From Octopus vulgaris (taxonomy: Eukaryota), in NCBI GenBank assembly GCA_951406725.2, contig OX597815.1, positions 50,468,001-50,532,000 of the forward strand: DNA of 64,000 bases. The letters are read 5' to 3'. The notes under the pieces are model-generated. The model searched no databases and was not told the origin of the DNA. It saw only the letters and a program-made list of their open reading frames with translations. This document shows, piece by piece, positions 1 through 13,804 of the stretch. Each line of letters opens with the position of its first letter. Within the stretch, counting starts at the first letter, position 1. Made by a program: the position numbers and the translations under genes.

Positions 1-722
1 CTGTCATTTAAAAGAATACATGTTGATGTATGAATACAGTGTATTAGTTTCCCTACTTGGTTATGACAAATAAAAAGTGTGAAAGGAAATTTATTACTAG
101 TGTGGCACTTTATCACACTTTAGTCAGCATATAAAAAGCAGCTTTGGATAAATGCCAAAATATTCCTACTCCTTTGCATGGTGAAACATTTTGTGTGACC
201 CCCAGTCCTGTTCATAATGAGTCTTTTCTTCCCTGCAATGATGAAAGAGCACTGAATGTTTTCAAAATACAACTCACATCCGTCTAACTAAGCTATTTGA
301 TATTTCCTCTGTTTTCTAAATGATAGTCTAGCAACCAGGGGACAAAAATAGCCTGGCCCATTTGGCAAATTGATAATGATATCTAGAAATCCAATTCTAA
401 AATAGATCTGATAATCAAGCTCCTTTGATTATATTCCAAACAATTAATTAGATGAAGAAGCTTTGCTTTCAAATGGAATCATAACTAATTGTAAACAATG
501 CAAAGTTCCTATTTGCCAGTAACAGAGCTGCAATAGAGGAACAATATATGGTATCTTTCAATATCGAGTGAGCTACTTCACTATTACAGCAAAAAGAATC
601 TACCAGTTCTTCATTAAGAGCTTTGATCATTGAAATACATGTCTAACATAACAAGTCACAGTAATTGAGACACTATTTATCCCTAGTAAACCTGATCATA
701 TTATGTAACAAGTGAGATCAAA

Positions 723-746
723 TACATACATACATACATACATACA

Positions 747-775
<29 letters not shown>
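723..775. repeat. (TACA)n tetranucleotide microsatellite
   Basis: Uninterrupted tacatacataca run. Confidence 0.95.
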
Positions 776-777
<2 letters not shown>

Positions 778-983
778 GTGCATGTTAATCTTTTACGCAT
801 TTATTGACTTCAATCACTGGATTGGATTCATTCTGGGATAACAGCTTTAAGGGTTTAGTTTATTTAGTTTATTTAAATGATGCTAAAAAGTTGAAAATCA
901 AATCTGACCTCTGCCTGATTTCATTCTAATTATAGATGGATGTAACTGAATACTATATCAGTCTTTTGGTTTTGTAAATCTAG

Positions 984-984
<1 letters not shown>

Positions 985-1014
<30 letters not shown>

Positions 1015-1250
1015 GTCATCATGTTTGTTGTCATCATTGTCATCATAATCATTTTACATATGCTTTCAATGTTAGCATGGGTTGGATGTTTTGACAGGAT
1101 CCAGTGCATCAAAGGACATCTTGCTCCAGTATCACAATTTCTACAACTGGAGGCCCTTCTTAATACCAATTTACAGAATATACTGGAAGCTTATTTTCTT
1201 AGCACTATTACTAAGAGTACTTTGAAACTCACAAGACAAGCATCCTAACA
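985..1250 (-). mobile_element. Degenerate RTE-LINE 3' end fragment with (GAT)n tail
   Basis: (CAT)n run followed by gcatgggttggatgttttgacaggatcc...ggaggcccttcttaataccaa, resembling the reverse complement of the RTE terminus at 32600-32768. Confidence 0.65.
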
Positions 1251-1351
1251 ACTGAATTACTTACTCACCAAAGTAGCTGAATATTCCACAGAAACATGTA
1301 CCCTTAAGGTATTTCTCTGGAAGAATCAACATGACACAGTGTGACAAAGTT

Positions 1352-1727
1352 TTAACCCCTTAACATTCAAAGCAGCCATATCTAGTCAAAATATTTAACC
1401 TGTTTTATGTTGAAACTGGCTAAATCTGGCTTCTCACCTCAACCCTAAAATGTCATTCTATAACCAAACAATCACATCATTGAAATCTCTAGACTTCAAG
1501 ATAATACCTGATTAATTACTCTTTTACTCTTTTACTTGTTTCAGTCATTTGACTGCAGCCATACTGGAGAACCACCTTTAGTCGAGCAAATCGACCCCAT
1601 AACTTATTCTTTATAAGCCTAGTACTTATTCTATCGGTTTCTTTTGCTGAACCACTAAGTTACGGGGACATAAACACACCAGCATCAGTTGTCAAGCGAT
1701 GTTGGGGGGACAAACACAGAAACACAA

Positions 1728-1766
<39 letters not shown>

Positions 1767-2016
1767 TATATATACGACGGGCTTCTTTCAGTTTCTGTCT
1801 ACCAAATCCACTCACAAGGCTTTGGTTGGCCTGAGGCTATAGTAGAAGACACTTGCCCAAGATGTCACACAGTGGGACTGAACCTAGGACCATGTGGTTG
1901 GTAAGCAAGCCACTTACCACACAGCCACTCCTGTGCCTGATTCACTCCTAATTCAAAACAATATGAATAAACAAACATTACATTTGACAGAATAATCAGA
2001 ATACTAAAGAGTTTAA
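1352..2016. mobile_element. piggyBac-like MITE (TTAA ends), interrupted by a SINE
   Basis: TTAA-cccctTAACATTCA start and AGAATACTAAAGAG-t-TTAA end; both halves align to the uninterrupted copy at 50740-50967. Confidence 0.7.
1517..1938 (-). mobile_element. SINE family A (tRNA-derived head, CORE-like body, internal CA/TA microsatellite, AAAAGAGT tail)
   Basis: Reverse complement has A-box-like GTGGCTGTGTGGTAAG, B-box-like GGTTCAGTCCC, CTTGGGCAAGTGTCTT and tail AAGTAAAAGAGTAAAAGAGTA; many copies in the window. Confidence 0.92.
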
Positions 2017-2976
2017 CTTAGTGCAATCCATCAAAGCAGGCTTCTACACAGTTTCGCTCACAAGGTATGGGTTAGTCTACAGCTACAGCAAAAGGCACAT
2101 GCCCACCATACCAAGTAGTAGAACTGAACCCAAGATGTTGTGATTATAAAATGAATTTTTTAACCATTCGGCCAAGCTCAGTAAATAGTTGTTAAACTGA
2201 AGCACTATGGCAATGTGTTCAAATCATGATAGAGTCAATGCCAACCCCAATAACCTGCAGCCCACCTATTTTCTTTGTTTTAATAGTTCGGTCCTTTTGC
2301 AGGACCATCAGCAGTAGTGGAGAAAACTGGAGGAAAAGACCTTGATTCGTGGGTTATTGCTATAGAAAATATCATTTGGTACTGAGTCATCCTCTGAGTG
2401 GAGTCCTAATCTAAATACTTACAGTAGAATGGACCCTGCTAAGAATATTCAAGACCTAACTGATAAGATTAAATCCACACAACAGATTTAGCCTATTATT
2501 TCAGTTTCATTAGCTAAAAAACTTTCACTTTAAGTAAGAACATTTAACACTTATAACTCTTTGCTTTATCAACAAGCAAATGTTTATATTTTCAAAAAAA
2601 TATAAAAGAAAATAACTAAAAACAAATATGAAAGGTGCGTGTAAAGTGAAAACAATTATGAAGTAACACAGTAATAATAAAAAACATGTAGTTACATATT
2701 TAATTTCAGAAAAAAAATGAACATTTTATTATTATTATTATCATTATATTTTCAAGTCACAAAAGTGTGTGATGACAATTTCATTTTCCTGCAAAGTATT
2801 TTCATTATAAATGAGTTACTAGCAATCCAGATATAAACTAATAGCAAGATTATTAATTATTCATATCTTCCAGGCACAAATTTCTAGCCTTGCCTTGCTT
2901 ATTTCAGAAATTATAATTATAATTATATATATATATACATACTCACACACATGTATATGTATACATGTCTGTGCTA

Positions 2977-3014
<38 letters not shown>

Positions 3015-3256
3015 TATGCATATATATATTATATGTATTCATATGTGTGTGTGTAAATATATTTAATCAGGTAAATTAGTCAATTACTTTCAGCTACATA
3101 AATTCAAGAAATTTTAACCAACTAAATGAAAAATATAAATTCTTTATCTGCACAAATGTTGACAAGCAAGAGAACATATGATAAATTGCTACATTCATAT
3201 GGGGGCAACATCCATATAATATATCACTGTATATATATACATACACACACACATAT

Positions 3257-3306
<50 letters not shown>

Positions 3307-3622
3307 ATATATATATATTATAAAGCAATATGGTTACATATTTCTTAGTTTCACTTGGAATGAGATGACAGGCAAGCAGGAAGGAATCAAAGACTAACAT
3401 CTGCAATCAGTCAGAGACATGCAGGTGTATCAACACCAGATGTTGCCTTTGCATTCTGCTCATAATGGTAACTAACAGTAAAGTAGAATAAAATTTCAAG
3501 TGAATTCCAGAAGTGAAGAAAATATCAGTTTTATATTAAATAAAAGATCATAATACATATATATACACACACATATATATATATATATCTATAAATGCAT
3601 GTATATATATACGCATATATAC

Positions 3623-4935
3623 ATCATCATCATCATCGTTTAACGTCTACCATCCATGCTAGTATGGGTGGGACAGTTTCACAAGAGCCAGCCAGGCAGA
3701 AGCCTGCACCAGACATCTGTGACTGTTTTGACAGGAGTTTTTACAGCTGGATGCCCCTCCTAACACCAACCACTCAGCAGAGTGGAATTCATGCTTTTTA
3801 TGTGGCACAGTCACAGGTGAGGTCAGTTTTGGCAAGGATTTTACAGTTGGATTCACTTCCGAACATCAACCACTTTACAGTATGGGCTGGGTGCTTTTAA
3901 GTGGCCCCTGCACTGACAGGGTCACCAAATACTTGCAAGACAAGACATAAGAAAAACAAAAGCTTTAAAGAGGGGAAGGGGCATTGGAGGAGGTGATCTT
4001 GTATCAGATGATGAAAGGTTATAGTGAGACAAAGAGACAGAAACAGGTGTCTTGCTGTAGAGGAAGTACAATGTTACCTGACCAGAGAGAGAAAGAGAAG
4101 TCAGGAATGAAGACAGAAACAGGTGTGCCACTGCAAAGGAAATACATGGTTACCCAACCTGAGGGAAATGCAGGAGAAGGAGAATGGGGGACAGCAGGAT
4201 AGAGATGGTGGCAAAATGCCAGGCATACTCACAAGGGACAGGGATCAGAATATAAACAGGATGGTTGAGTAAAAGTAGAGAGAGATATAGATGGTGGCAA
4301 GTGCCAGGGCATACCCTTGAGGTTCAAATGCCATAATGTAAGTGGCAGGATATTACAATGGAAGTGTGATTAAAGAGTGTGGAGAGGGGAGAGAGTGGCA
4401 AAACTTGGGTATATATAGATTCAGGGGAGCTACTGAATAGCAATGATACAGAGGAACAGGACTGTGAGGGCAGGATTGAGGAGTGAGAGCAAGGCATAGT
4501 GTATGAAGGAAGAAATGTGAGGAAGAGAAGTGATGTGGAAATGTAGATTGATTTGTTGAGGTAGGATGAGTGAAAAGTTTTCTTGCTACATGTGAGTGGA
4601 ACACAGGTGCTAGCAGATAGCAATGATACAGTGAGACAGGGTGTGTGGGTGGAACAACTCAAGAGAGCAATGAAAGTGGCACAGGGCCAAGAGGACAGGA
4701 ATTTGGACAGGAGGTAAGCATAATGCATGAAGTGGAAATGTGAGGAAGAGAAGAGATGTAGAGACATAGTTTTGGTTTGTTGTGGTTCAGTGTGTGAGAA
4801 GTTTTCTTGTTAAGTGTGGGTGGGGCACACAGCCCTTCTAGAACTCAGTTTCACTAATGCAGGTGTGTCTTCTCTAGAACTTCATATAACCAGATATCTT
4901 GGTACATTGTCATTTCCTCTATAAAGCCCATATGA
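3623..4935 (-). mobile_element. RTE-clade LINE 3' fragment with long 3' UTR
   Basis: 4855-4935 on minus reads MGFIEEMTMYQDIWLYEVLEKTHLH*, similar to LGLTMEITRDRDLWKYAVREKTRQDW* at 32138; ends in the RTE terminus and (GAT)n tail at 3623-3660. Confidence 0.75.
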
Positions 4936-5419
4936 TAATATAATTATTTTAAGATGTTATTCATGTGTTTTTAAATTTTGTTAAAATTTTTGTCCTTATT
5001 TTATTGTACATTCATTCTTCCATGCAATAAGTCATAGCATTTAATATCCTATATATATATGTGTGTGTGTGGGTCAAGCAAAATTTATGCATTGATATCA
5101 TTGCCCAATGACCGGGTTCAGAAAAAAATACATATGTATGTATACCTGTATTGTATAATTTTTATCATTTGATCGTATTGATCTGATCCAATACATGTAT
5201 GTATGTATGTATGTATGTATGTATGTATGTATGTGTAGATGTATGCATGCATGCATGTATGTATTTATCAATAAAGTATGTGTGGTTGCGCATGTGTGCC
5301 TATGTATATATGTAGGTACTTATGACTGCTTGTATGTGCATGTATATGTGTCTATATGGTTATATGTAGGTACTGACGAATATATGAATGTGTCTGTGTA
5401 TGTGTGTATGTATGAATAA

Positions 5420-5612
5420 TTATCATCATCATCATCATCATCATCGCCGTCATCGTCATTGTCATTATCATCATCACTATCATCATTTAATATTCATATT
5501 CCATGCTGGCATGCCTTGAATGGTTCAACAGGATCTGAAAAGCCATAGGACTGTATTGGACTCCAATGTCTTCTTTGGCATAGTTTCTCTGGTAGGATGG
5601 ATTTCCTAATGC
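5420..5612 (-). mobile_element. Degenerate RTE 3' terminal fragment
   Basis: (CAT)n then ttccatgctggcatg...tagtttctctggtaggatggatttcctaatg. Confidence 0.6.
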
Positions 5613-6159
5613 TCACATACAAACATATATGTATATGTATGCATGTATGAATGTACATATGTATGTATGTATGTATGTATCTATCTATCTATCTATCAAT
5701 CTGTATTTACTATATGAAAGCATGGGTAAGGCTGTATGTATTTCCTGTTGTTTCATCAAGAAAAAAATGTTGTACTCTTGACATTTAACAATGCCTCCAA
5801 CACTACTTAAAAGGAGGTATCCTCAAGTTGGAACCGTAGCCTGAAATTTTCCTACAGAATGGATTCTTGTAAAGGCATTCAAAGGTATTAAAAACCAGGT
5901 TAAAGATTAATTCTACCACCCAAGAAGTTCTGGGTAAAATAGAACTCAGAATTCAAACAGCTAAAACTGCAAGATTCGTTTGCCATACTCAGAGGATTCT
6001 GTTACCATACTACCATAGAATAATATTTTATTTACTAACCTGAGAGGCAAAGGAAGAATTCATCCTAGCAGAAGTTGAACTCAAGATGTAAGGGAGCTGA
6101 ATAAAATATCACAAAGCATTTCATTGTACACTCTATCAAAATAACTAATAGATTTTGTC

Positions 6160-6720
6160 AGTTATTTTGCTAAACTGCTAAATTACAGGGACATAAACAA
6201 ACCAGCACCAGTTGTTAAGCAGTGGTAGGACACAAACACACATACACACACACACACACACACAAACACACCTTAATATATATACACATACATAGATATA
6301 TAATGATAATGGTGTGCATGGGGTATAGGGGTAGGGAACGTGTAGTGCTCTTTGGTGTAGTTCATCCACTTTGGTCCTCACCCAATACCCAGTTCTCTCC
6401 TGTAGAGCTGTACACATGCAATTGTAGCCACACTCCAGGCAACAGCTTTCACAAATTGGCTAAGCCATGCTGAAGGTAACCAATAGCTTTCAACACTAGG
6501 TGTACTAGGGCTTGTCTGCCTATGCATAGGAAGACTAGATATAAACACATTCACACACACACACACACATTATGGGCTTCTTTCAGTTACCATCTATCAA
6601 ATCCACTTGCAAGGCCTTAGTCTATAGTAAAAGACACTTTCCTCAAGGTGCAGCACCATGGGACTGAACCCAAGACTATATGGTTGAGGAGCAAGCTTCT
6701 TAACAGCACAGCCATGCCTA
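6160..6720 (-). mobile_element. SINE family A copy with a ~220 bp insert (6310-6538) in its internal microsatellite
   Basis: Body at 6160-6260 and head at 6570-6720 match family A; the intervening sequence is unrelated. Confidence 0.75.
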
Positions 6721-6855
6721 GAGCCACACCCACACCTACTAGGATAAGTTTAATGCTTTCGTTAGCATATGAATTAAAGTTCATAATGACAATGATGTTG
6801 GGAAGGGGTAATGGGATAAGAAATAACAAGAGGAACGAAGGAGAGGAGAGCAATT

Positions 6856-7070
6856 ACTTCAAATTTTGGTACCAGGTCATCAGCAATTTTAGGACGAGGG
6901 GTTAGCTGATTGTATTGGCTCTTGTACTTGACTGCTGTCTTATTTTTATGAACCCTGAAAAGATGAAAGGCAAGGTTAACCTCAACAGAATTTGAACTCA
7001 AAATCCTAAACAGCCAAAAGAAATACTGCTAAGCATTTTGTCTAGTATGCTAACGATTCTGCCAGTTCGT
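6856..7070 (-). mobile_element. SINE family B (MetaSINE-like central domain)
   Basis: Reverse complement contains gaactggcagaatcgttagc, gagttcaaattct and gcctttcatcttttcaggg; similar to 49884-50097. Confidence 0.75.
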
Positions 7071-8925
7071 TAATAAGGATGGTGATAATGATGATGTTGA
7101 TGACAATGATGATGGCAGAATAATGTCGATAATGACAACGCTGATGGCGACAATGACAATAATGATGATGGGGTGGTGATGATGAGGAGAAAAAGGAGGA
7201 GGAGAAGACGACAATGATGATGATGATGTACAACTAAAAGAACTTGCTCTGATCATGAACATTTTTCCCAACATGAAGCAGCTATATAGACAGAAGAAAA
7301 ATAAAATAAAATTTTTCAGTATGTACAAAGAAAAAAAAAAAACTAAATATATTAACAAATAAATACATAAATGAATAAATATTTTAGTTATTTCTATCTA
7401 TTTCTCTTCTTGTTTGGGTTTGTATCTAAAAGGTCTTTAATTAATGCCATACCAGAAAATGTAATGAAGAGAAAAGCATGCAAACCAATTACATCCTGCT
7501 GTCCTCTGGGAAAAATGTTATATACTCAGGTAGTTCTTGCATGGCTCAGCTCAACACGCAAAAACTGTTACAGTTACAAACAACCACAAATCAGCGCAGT
7601 CCGACTATCAGCTACAGTTAGAAATATCTTTAGGAATAGCTCTCAATTAAGTTGGAGACAGTCTGCCACTAATTAAGACCATCCATCTACATACACACAT
7701 ATACACACAGCCACACATATTTATATATGTATGTATATGTATATATTTCACGTTTGAGCAGTAGGTTTTTTTTTTCTTCTGTTTTTGGCTTGTATCTTTA
7801 TTTGTTTAATAGCAACAGTGGTGGGGAAGATAGAATATTTGTGATATGACACTCATCAGTAAGAGAGAATTTATGCTTTACAAATAAGATTTATTAGCTG
7901 AAAGTCAATAGACACCAGGGAAGTGATATGATGGATGTTTTAAAGGTATTTAATTTAAAAATAGGTGGATGATTTGTCATAGCGCCAGTACCTAGTGCAG
8001 AATAATTCTCACGCTCATCCACCATCACCACCACCACCACCACCAACACCATTATCACTTGCACATATATGCACATAGGCTCCCACATGTATACACTCAT
8101 ATTCACCTTTGCTCATGCACATATAGATGCATATATATTCACATATACTTACACCCTTACACATATGCTCCAATGCATATTCTCTGACATGTATGCTCAA
8201 ACACATATGAGCACACACACTCACACAGCAAGACAAACACATCTGTACATCTGTGTACATGTTATATTCCTAATATTCAGGTATAATTTATCTGCCAAAA
8301 GTAGAAAAAAAAATTGCTAAAAATTCCAGCATTTTCTCTTCTATCAACCATAAAGGTTTGCTGCTGATATACGTACAGATCTAAACTAAAACTGGCTGAA
8401 GGTTTTCAAATCAGAAAAAGTAAAGAACTTTTTTTCTAATATATCATAACACTTCCTGCTGCCATGTTGTTGGAGCAATGAGCAAATTCTTTCATTAAAA
8501 TTAATTTATGCTGACAAAGATAATTCAAATCGTAGAATTGTGTATAATTTATTGTCTTATTAAAATGGAAATATGAATATATATATGCTAATATATACAT
8601 ATTTATTGCTCAAGTTGAAATCACTTCAAAATCAGACCTTATTACTGAAGCAAGCCAGAAAGCACAAAGCTTTCTTCTTTTATATTTTCATATTTCTTTA
8701 TTGACAGTTTAAAAATTGAGTAATAGGTTAAGGATATGTTTTGTGTACAATTGCTTGTATGTAAATACATATATATGCATGTAAATGTTCACAGAAGGTT
8801 GAAAGTGTGTGTGCATGAGTGTGTGTGTGTGTGCATAACTGTATATTGTGTAAACTTGAATGCATATGTTCACTATCTTTGTATTTAAGCAATTTCCATG
8901 TGTATATCAATTTATATTTGCGTGA

Positions 8926-8976
8926 ATTTATATATATATAAATATGTAAATATAAATATATGTAAATAGATATATG

Positions 8977-9013
<37 letters not shown>

Positions 9014-9180
9014 GATATATGTATATATATATATATATATATTTATTTATATATATATATGGATGAGAATATATTAAACATGTGTGTGTGGATGTCTGTA
9101 TGTGTGTATGTTTGTGTGCATGTGTGTTTGTGCATCTGTCTGCATGTACGTGTCTTTGTAAATATACATATGCATGTATT

Positions 9181-9235
<55 letters not shown>

Positions 9236-9628
9236 TCCTCTAGGCATTTACATTCATGTATGAGCTGCTGTACTCACACGTACAAGTATACAGACACACG
9301 TACACATATATATTCTCTATATTACTGTATATTTCTAAATTTTTCTTTAACGTATGAATATATATTTTCACAAAAGTTCACATATCTATGTCCCTGCAAA
9401 CTGAGGCAAATGAACAGTCACACATATATGTATGTATGCATGTATGTATGTATGCCTGTATGTATGTATGTGTATGCATCTGTGTATGCATATATAGTTA
9501 GACAGTGGGATAAATAGATAGATAAAGAGAGATAAATAAATAGATAGAAGCATATTTATATAGGCATCTATAATCGCACATGTATATCATATATATATAT
9601 ATATATATACACACACACTCACATATAC

Positions 9629-9675
<47 letters not shown>

Positions 9676-9704
9676 CACACACACACATATATATATATAT
9701 ACAC

Positions 9705-9783
<79 letters not shown>

Positions 9784-9830
9784 TATATATATATATATAA
9801 ATGTATATGTGTGTGTGCATATATCTATAT
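8926..9830. repeat. Compound (TA)n/(CA)n/(TAGA)n microsatellite block
   Basis: Multiple long TA runs, e.g. 9708-9780; explains the IYIYIY ORFs. Confidence 0.95.
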
Positions 9831-11135
9831 ATTGCAAATACTTTTAGAAGAATGATAGAATCCTTCTTGCTATGCTTCAACAGCCATCCTGAATAATATG
9901 CATTATTATACATAAAGATTATTCTTGACATTCAAAGTTAAATATTAACCAAACACAAATTTTGGAACCAAGTTTCAGACTTCTGTTTCTTACATCTCTT
10001 CTTTTATCATTATTTGTTTATTTGTTTTTTTATTTTATTTTTGTTTCTTCTCCTGTAATCTATAAGTTTTATTTAAGCAAAGTCAAGATTCAATAAGGAA
10101 TAAATTGATAAAGAAATAAATATTCATAAGACCTAACTTCAAAGACAACATAAATACATGTCAATGTCAAAAAATCAAGTGAAATGTCAAAATTTATCTG
10201 AATTCAGAGTATCCATTATTTATTTACATTTTAAAATATCTGAAAAACTGGCCCCTATCGCTTTTGTGCATTACACACAGCAGAAATAGAAAATAAAAAG
10301 AACAACTAACAACAGGAAAATTACTACAGTCATTAAAGGCAAAGTGCAAAAGCGGTGAATTTAGTTGAAGGAGAATAAGTTTGTTTCTGTGAAAATATAT
10401 TCAAATCTGACAAACAAATATTGTATAATCAGCGAAGAAACAGTGTTTTGTTGTATCATAATAGTTCAAAAAAGATATTTTCCTGTATCATTTTGATATT
10501 CATTCACTCAAGAATTACTTTCTATTTATATATATTCTTACAAACATTATGCAATTCAATGTCCATTTCCATGGAGTTGTCTTTGTTGTTATTTTGCTTT
10601 TTATTTTTTCTGTTATTGTTGTTGTTGTTGTCATCATTGTTGTCTTAGTTTTTCTTTGTTGTTTTTTTTATTTAACAAAAAACAAACAAACAAATAATAC
10701 TTTTCATGGCTGTAGATATCTACAAACATCTTCTGTTTGAATTTAGAATAAATAGCTAAATAGCCAAAGTTAAACCAAGAATGAATCAAAGTTTACTCTT
10801 CACCTTTCTTAGAGCAGAACAGAAAATATCCCAAGTAGAGTAAATATAGGAATTTCAGAACCAGGTTTCTTGTAGTAAACTGAACACATAAAGATTATCT
10901 CTCTTCTTGGAATTCTTCAGCAAGGCAGAATTATTTCAATTGAAAGTAAAAAAGCATAATGTTGTGTTCTATACACTCTATGTCTACTTGTCTCATACTG
11001 CACACATTTTAGTTGGAGTATGAGTAATGAAACAAATAATTTTATATAATCTTTGCTGAAACATACAGCAACTGTGGCCTTTGCATCATCAGCATTGTTC
11101 GTCATCATCATCGTTCTCATTCACATTATCATGAT

Positions 11136-11549
11136 TCTTTACTCTTTTACTCTTTTACTTGTTTCAGTCGTGTGACTGTGGCCATGCTGGAGCACCGCCT
11201 TTAGCCGAGCAAATCGACCCCAGGACTTACTTTTTGGAAGTCTGGTACTTATTCTATTGGTCTCTTTTGCCGAACCGCTAAGTTACAGGGACATAAACAC
11301 ACCAGCATCGGTTGTCAAGCGATGTTGGGGGACAAACACAGACACACAAACATATACATGCACATTCATATACATACATATATACGATGGGCTTCTCTTC
11401 AGTTTCCGTCTACCAAATCCACTCACAAAGCTTTGGCCGGCCCAAGGCTATAGTAGTAGATACTTGCCCAAGGTGCCACACAGTGGGACTGAACCCAGAA
11501 TTATGTGGTTCGTAAGCAAGCTACTTACCACGCAGCCACTCCTATGCCT
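11136..11549 (-). mobile_element. SINE family A, full length
   Basis: Head, body and tail all present. Confidence 0.92.
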
Positions 11550-12740
11550 TTAACATGCACATTTTTGTTTGAATTAATCACATGAGACACACTGAAGCAG
11601 ATTTTTCTATGGACAGATGCCCTTTTTGTTGCCAACACTGTTTCTAAGTAACATAATATTTCTTTTTGGCTAGGTGTGTTTTCACAGAAGCTTAAAACAA
11701 ATGCTGTTGCTTGTATGACACTGATGCTTGCATACAGCTATCATGTGTTGTCCACACAAGGAGACACAAACACATACAGACACATATAACATGCGCATGC
11801 ACACACACATACACACAAACACACACACATACACACAAACACACACACATCCACAAACACACACACACACATGCTGCTCATACACATTTATACAAACACA
11901 TATATCTGATTATAATGGATTCATAATGGGTCCTAACAAAACAATTGTAGCAACACTTAAAAACCATTCATCAGTTTCTATTATATATGTATACAACAGG
12001 CTTCTTTCAGTTTCTATCTACTTTATCCACTCACAAAGCTTTGGTCAGCTTAAGCTATATCTCAAGGTGCTATGAACTGGGATTGAACTTCACACTATGC
12101 TGTTAAAGAAAGTGAACTTCTTAACCCTTTCTTGCACCTACAGTAAGTAATAATTCTTTAAGACAATAATAATTCAATAATAAAGGTCTTTACAATAAAG
12201 AAGAAAATTTTACAGTGTAGTTGAAGGATTCAGTACAATATTTGTGACAGATACAATTAATTATTTACCAACACATTTACTTGGGGTCAAAGGTGCAACA
12301 CATTCAGTTTCAGTTAATTTTCAGTCCCTTGTTCATATTAGGTGAAAGTAAATTTCTCAGTTAGTACCCCAGTCAGGATTGGTTATTATCTTCACTAGTT
12401 AACTTGGGATTCCTGTGTTGCTAGCTGAGTTCACCTCAATGAGTAATTATTGCATCAGAGGATCTGCTAGCTTGGAAACATATATAGCCAGAAATTACCT
12501 GCTCCACCCCCTCAACTTGGATTTTTATTCACATTCTTAGTGACTCAAGTTGTTCACCATGGACTATATCAATAATAATCTTTTTCACCTTATTGAACAT
12601 CAGTATTGAACATCAAAAGCCTACAACCCTCACCAATAAATTCGTGAACATAGTCTTTTTATACCTACCATGGACTGCTCAAAGCTTACAAACTCTCTTC
12701 ACCTTGGCTCTTAGAATTACATATATATATATATATATAT

Positions 12741-12860
12741 AGTTCAAACTTACAGAAAAACAAAAGATGAACAACAAGCAGGTGTATTAGTTTAACATTT
12801 TGAGCCTATGCTCTTTGACAGAAAGGGTTGAGTGGAAAAAATGGAGAGAGAAAAATGTAT
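12741..12860 (-). mobile_element. Short TA-flanked repeat with degenerate hammerhead-like motif (same family as 26115-26335)
   Basis: Reverse complement ccctttctgtcaaagagcataggctcaaaatgttaaa matches 26206-26243. Confidence 0.6.
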
Positions 12861-13360
12861 ATACGTATATGCACACACACATATGTATATAGGAATATGT
12901 ATATGTATATATGCATTAATACATAGATAATTATTTATAGTTATATAATTGTGAGTGTGTATGTGCGTATATAATTGTGTGTTTGTTTTTGCATATCTTT
13001 ACACTGCTGACTTACAGTGATTATTAAGTCCCACATGAACAAAAAGTTAACCACTTGTTGTTTCACAAGATGTCATGAAATAAATGACTTGAAAACAACC
13101 TCACTTGAAAACAACAATTGGTGTCAAAAGTCACTCAGTTTTAAACGACTGCCTCAATAAATTGCATCCGACCCATACCAACATTCAATAAGTAAACTTA
13201 ATAACCAATGAATGACAAGTGATGGACAAATTCCTGTATTTGGTTTAGATGGTAGGTGATCATAAATAGCTTTTTCTTGCAGAAGGAATTTTGTCCAGGA
13301 TTGCACTATGTTATTTTTCACAGTGCTGTCACAGATTGGCATTTCATCTTTTCTTTTATC

Positions 13361-13790
13361 TTTCACTTGTTCCTGTCTTGGGATTGTGGCCATGCTTTGG
13401 ACACTGCCTTGAAGGCTTTAGTCAGACAAATCGACCCCAGTACTTATTTTCTAAGTCTAATAACTTATTCTATCAGTCTCTCTTGCTAAACTGCTAGCAA
13501 ACCAACATAAACTAATCAACAAAAGTTCTCAAGCAATGGTGGACACAAACACAAACACAAAAACAAAAACATATGCACATATCCACACACACATACACAC
13601 ACAGATATATATATCTTTTATCTTTTACTTGATTCACTCATGAGACTGTGGCCATGCTGGAGCACTACCTTGAAGAATTTATAGTTGAATGTATCAACCT
13701 CAGTGCTTTTTTTAAAACTTGGTACTTATTCTATCGAGATCTTTTACTGAACCACTAAGTGGTGGTAGGGATAAACACAGACACGCATAC
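13361..13790 (-). mobile_element. Two partial SINE family A 3' halves
   Basis: gattgtggccatgctttgg...atcgaccccagtacttat (13361-13600) and gactgtggccatgctggagc... (13615-13790). Confidence 0.75.
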
Positions 13791-13804
13791 ATACATATAT
13801 ATAT

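Noticed and set aside
90-370. Minus-strand peptides resembling RT motifs (GIFWHLSKAAF, DKVPH)
   Set aside because: Motif spacing is inconsistent with a LINE RT and the matches are too short to exclude chance
5725-5762. Minus-strand TGATGA...GAAAT hammerhead-like motif
   Set aside because: Core lacks C3 and no helix I or II can be paired
7371-7676. 101-aa ORF as a host exon
   Set aside because: No recognisable domain or convincing splice sites
10855-10925. Minus-strand CTGAAGA...GAAAC-ctg-GTT
   Set aside because: Helix I and helix II do not pair
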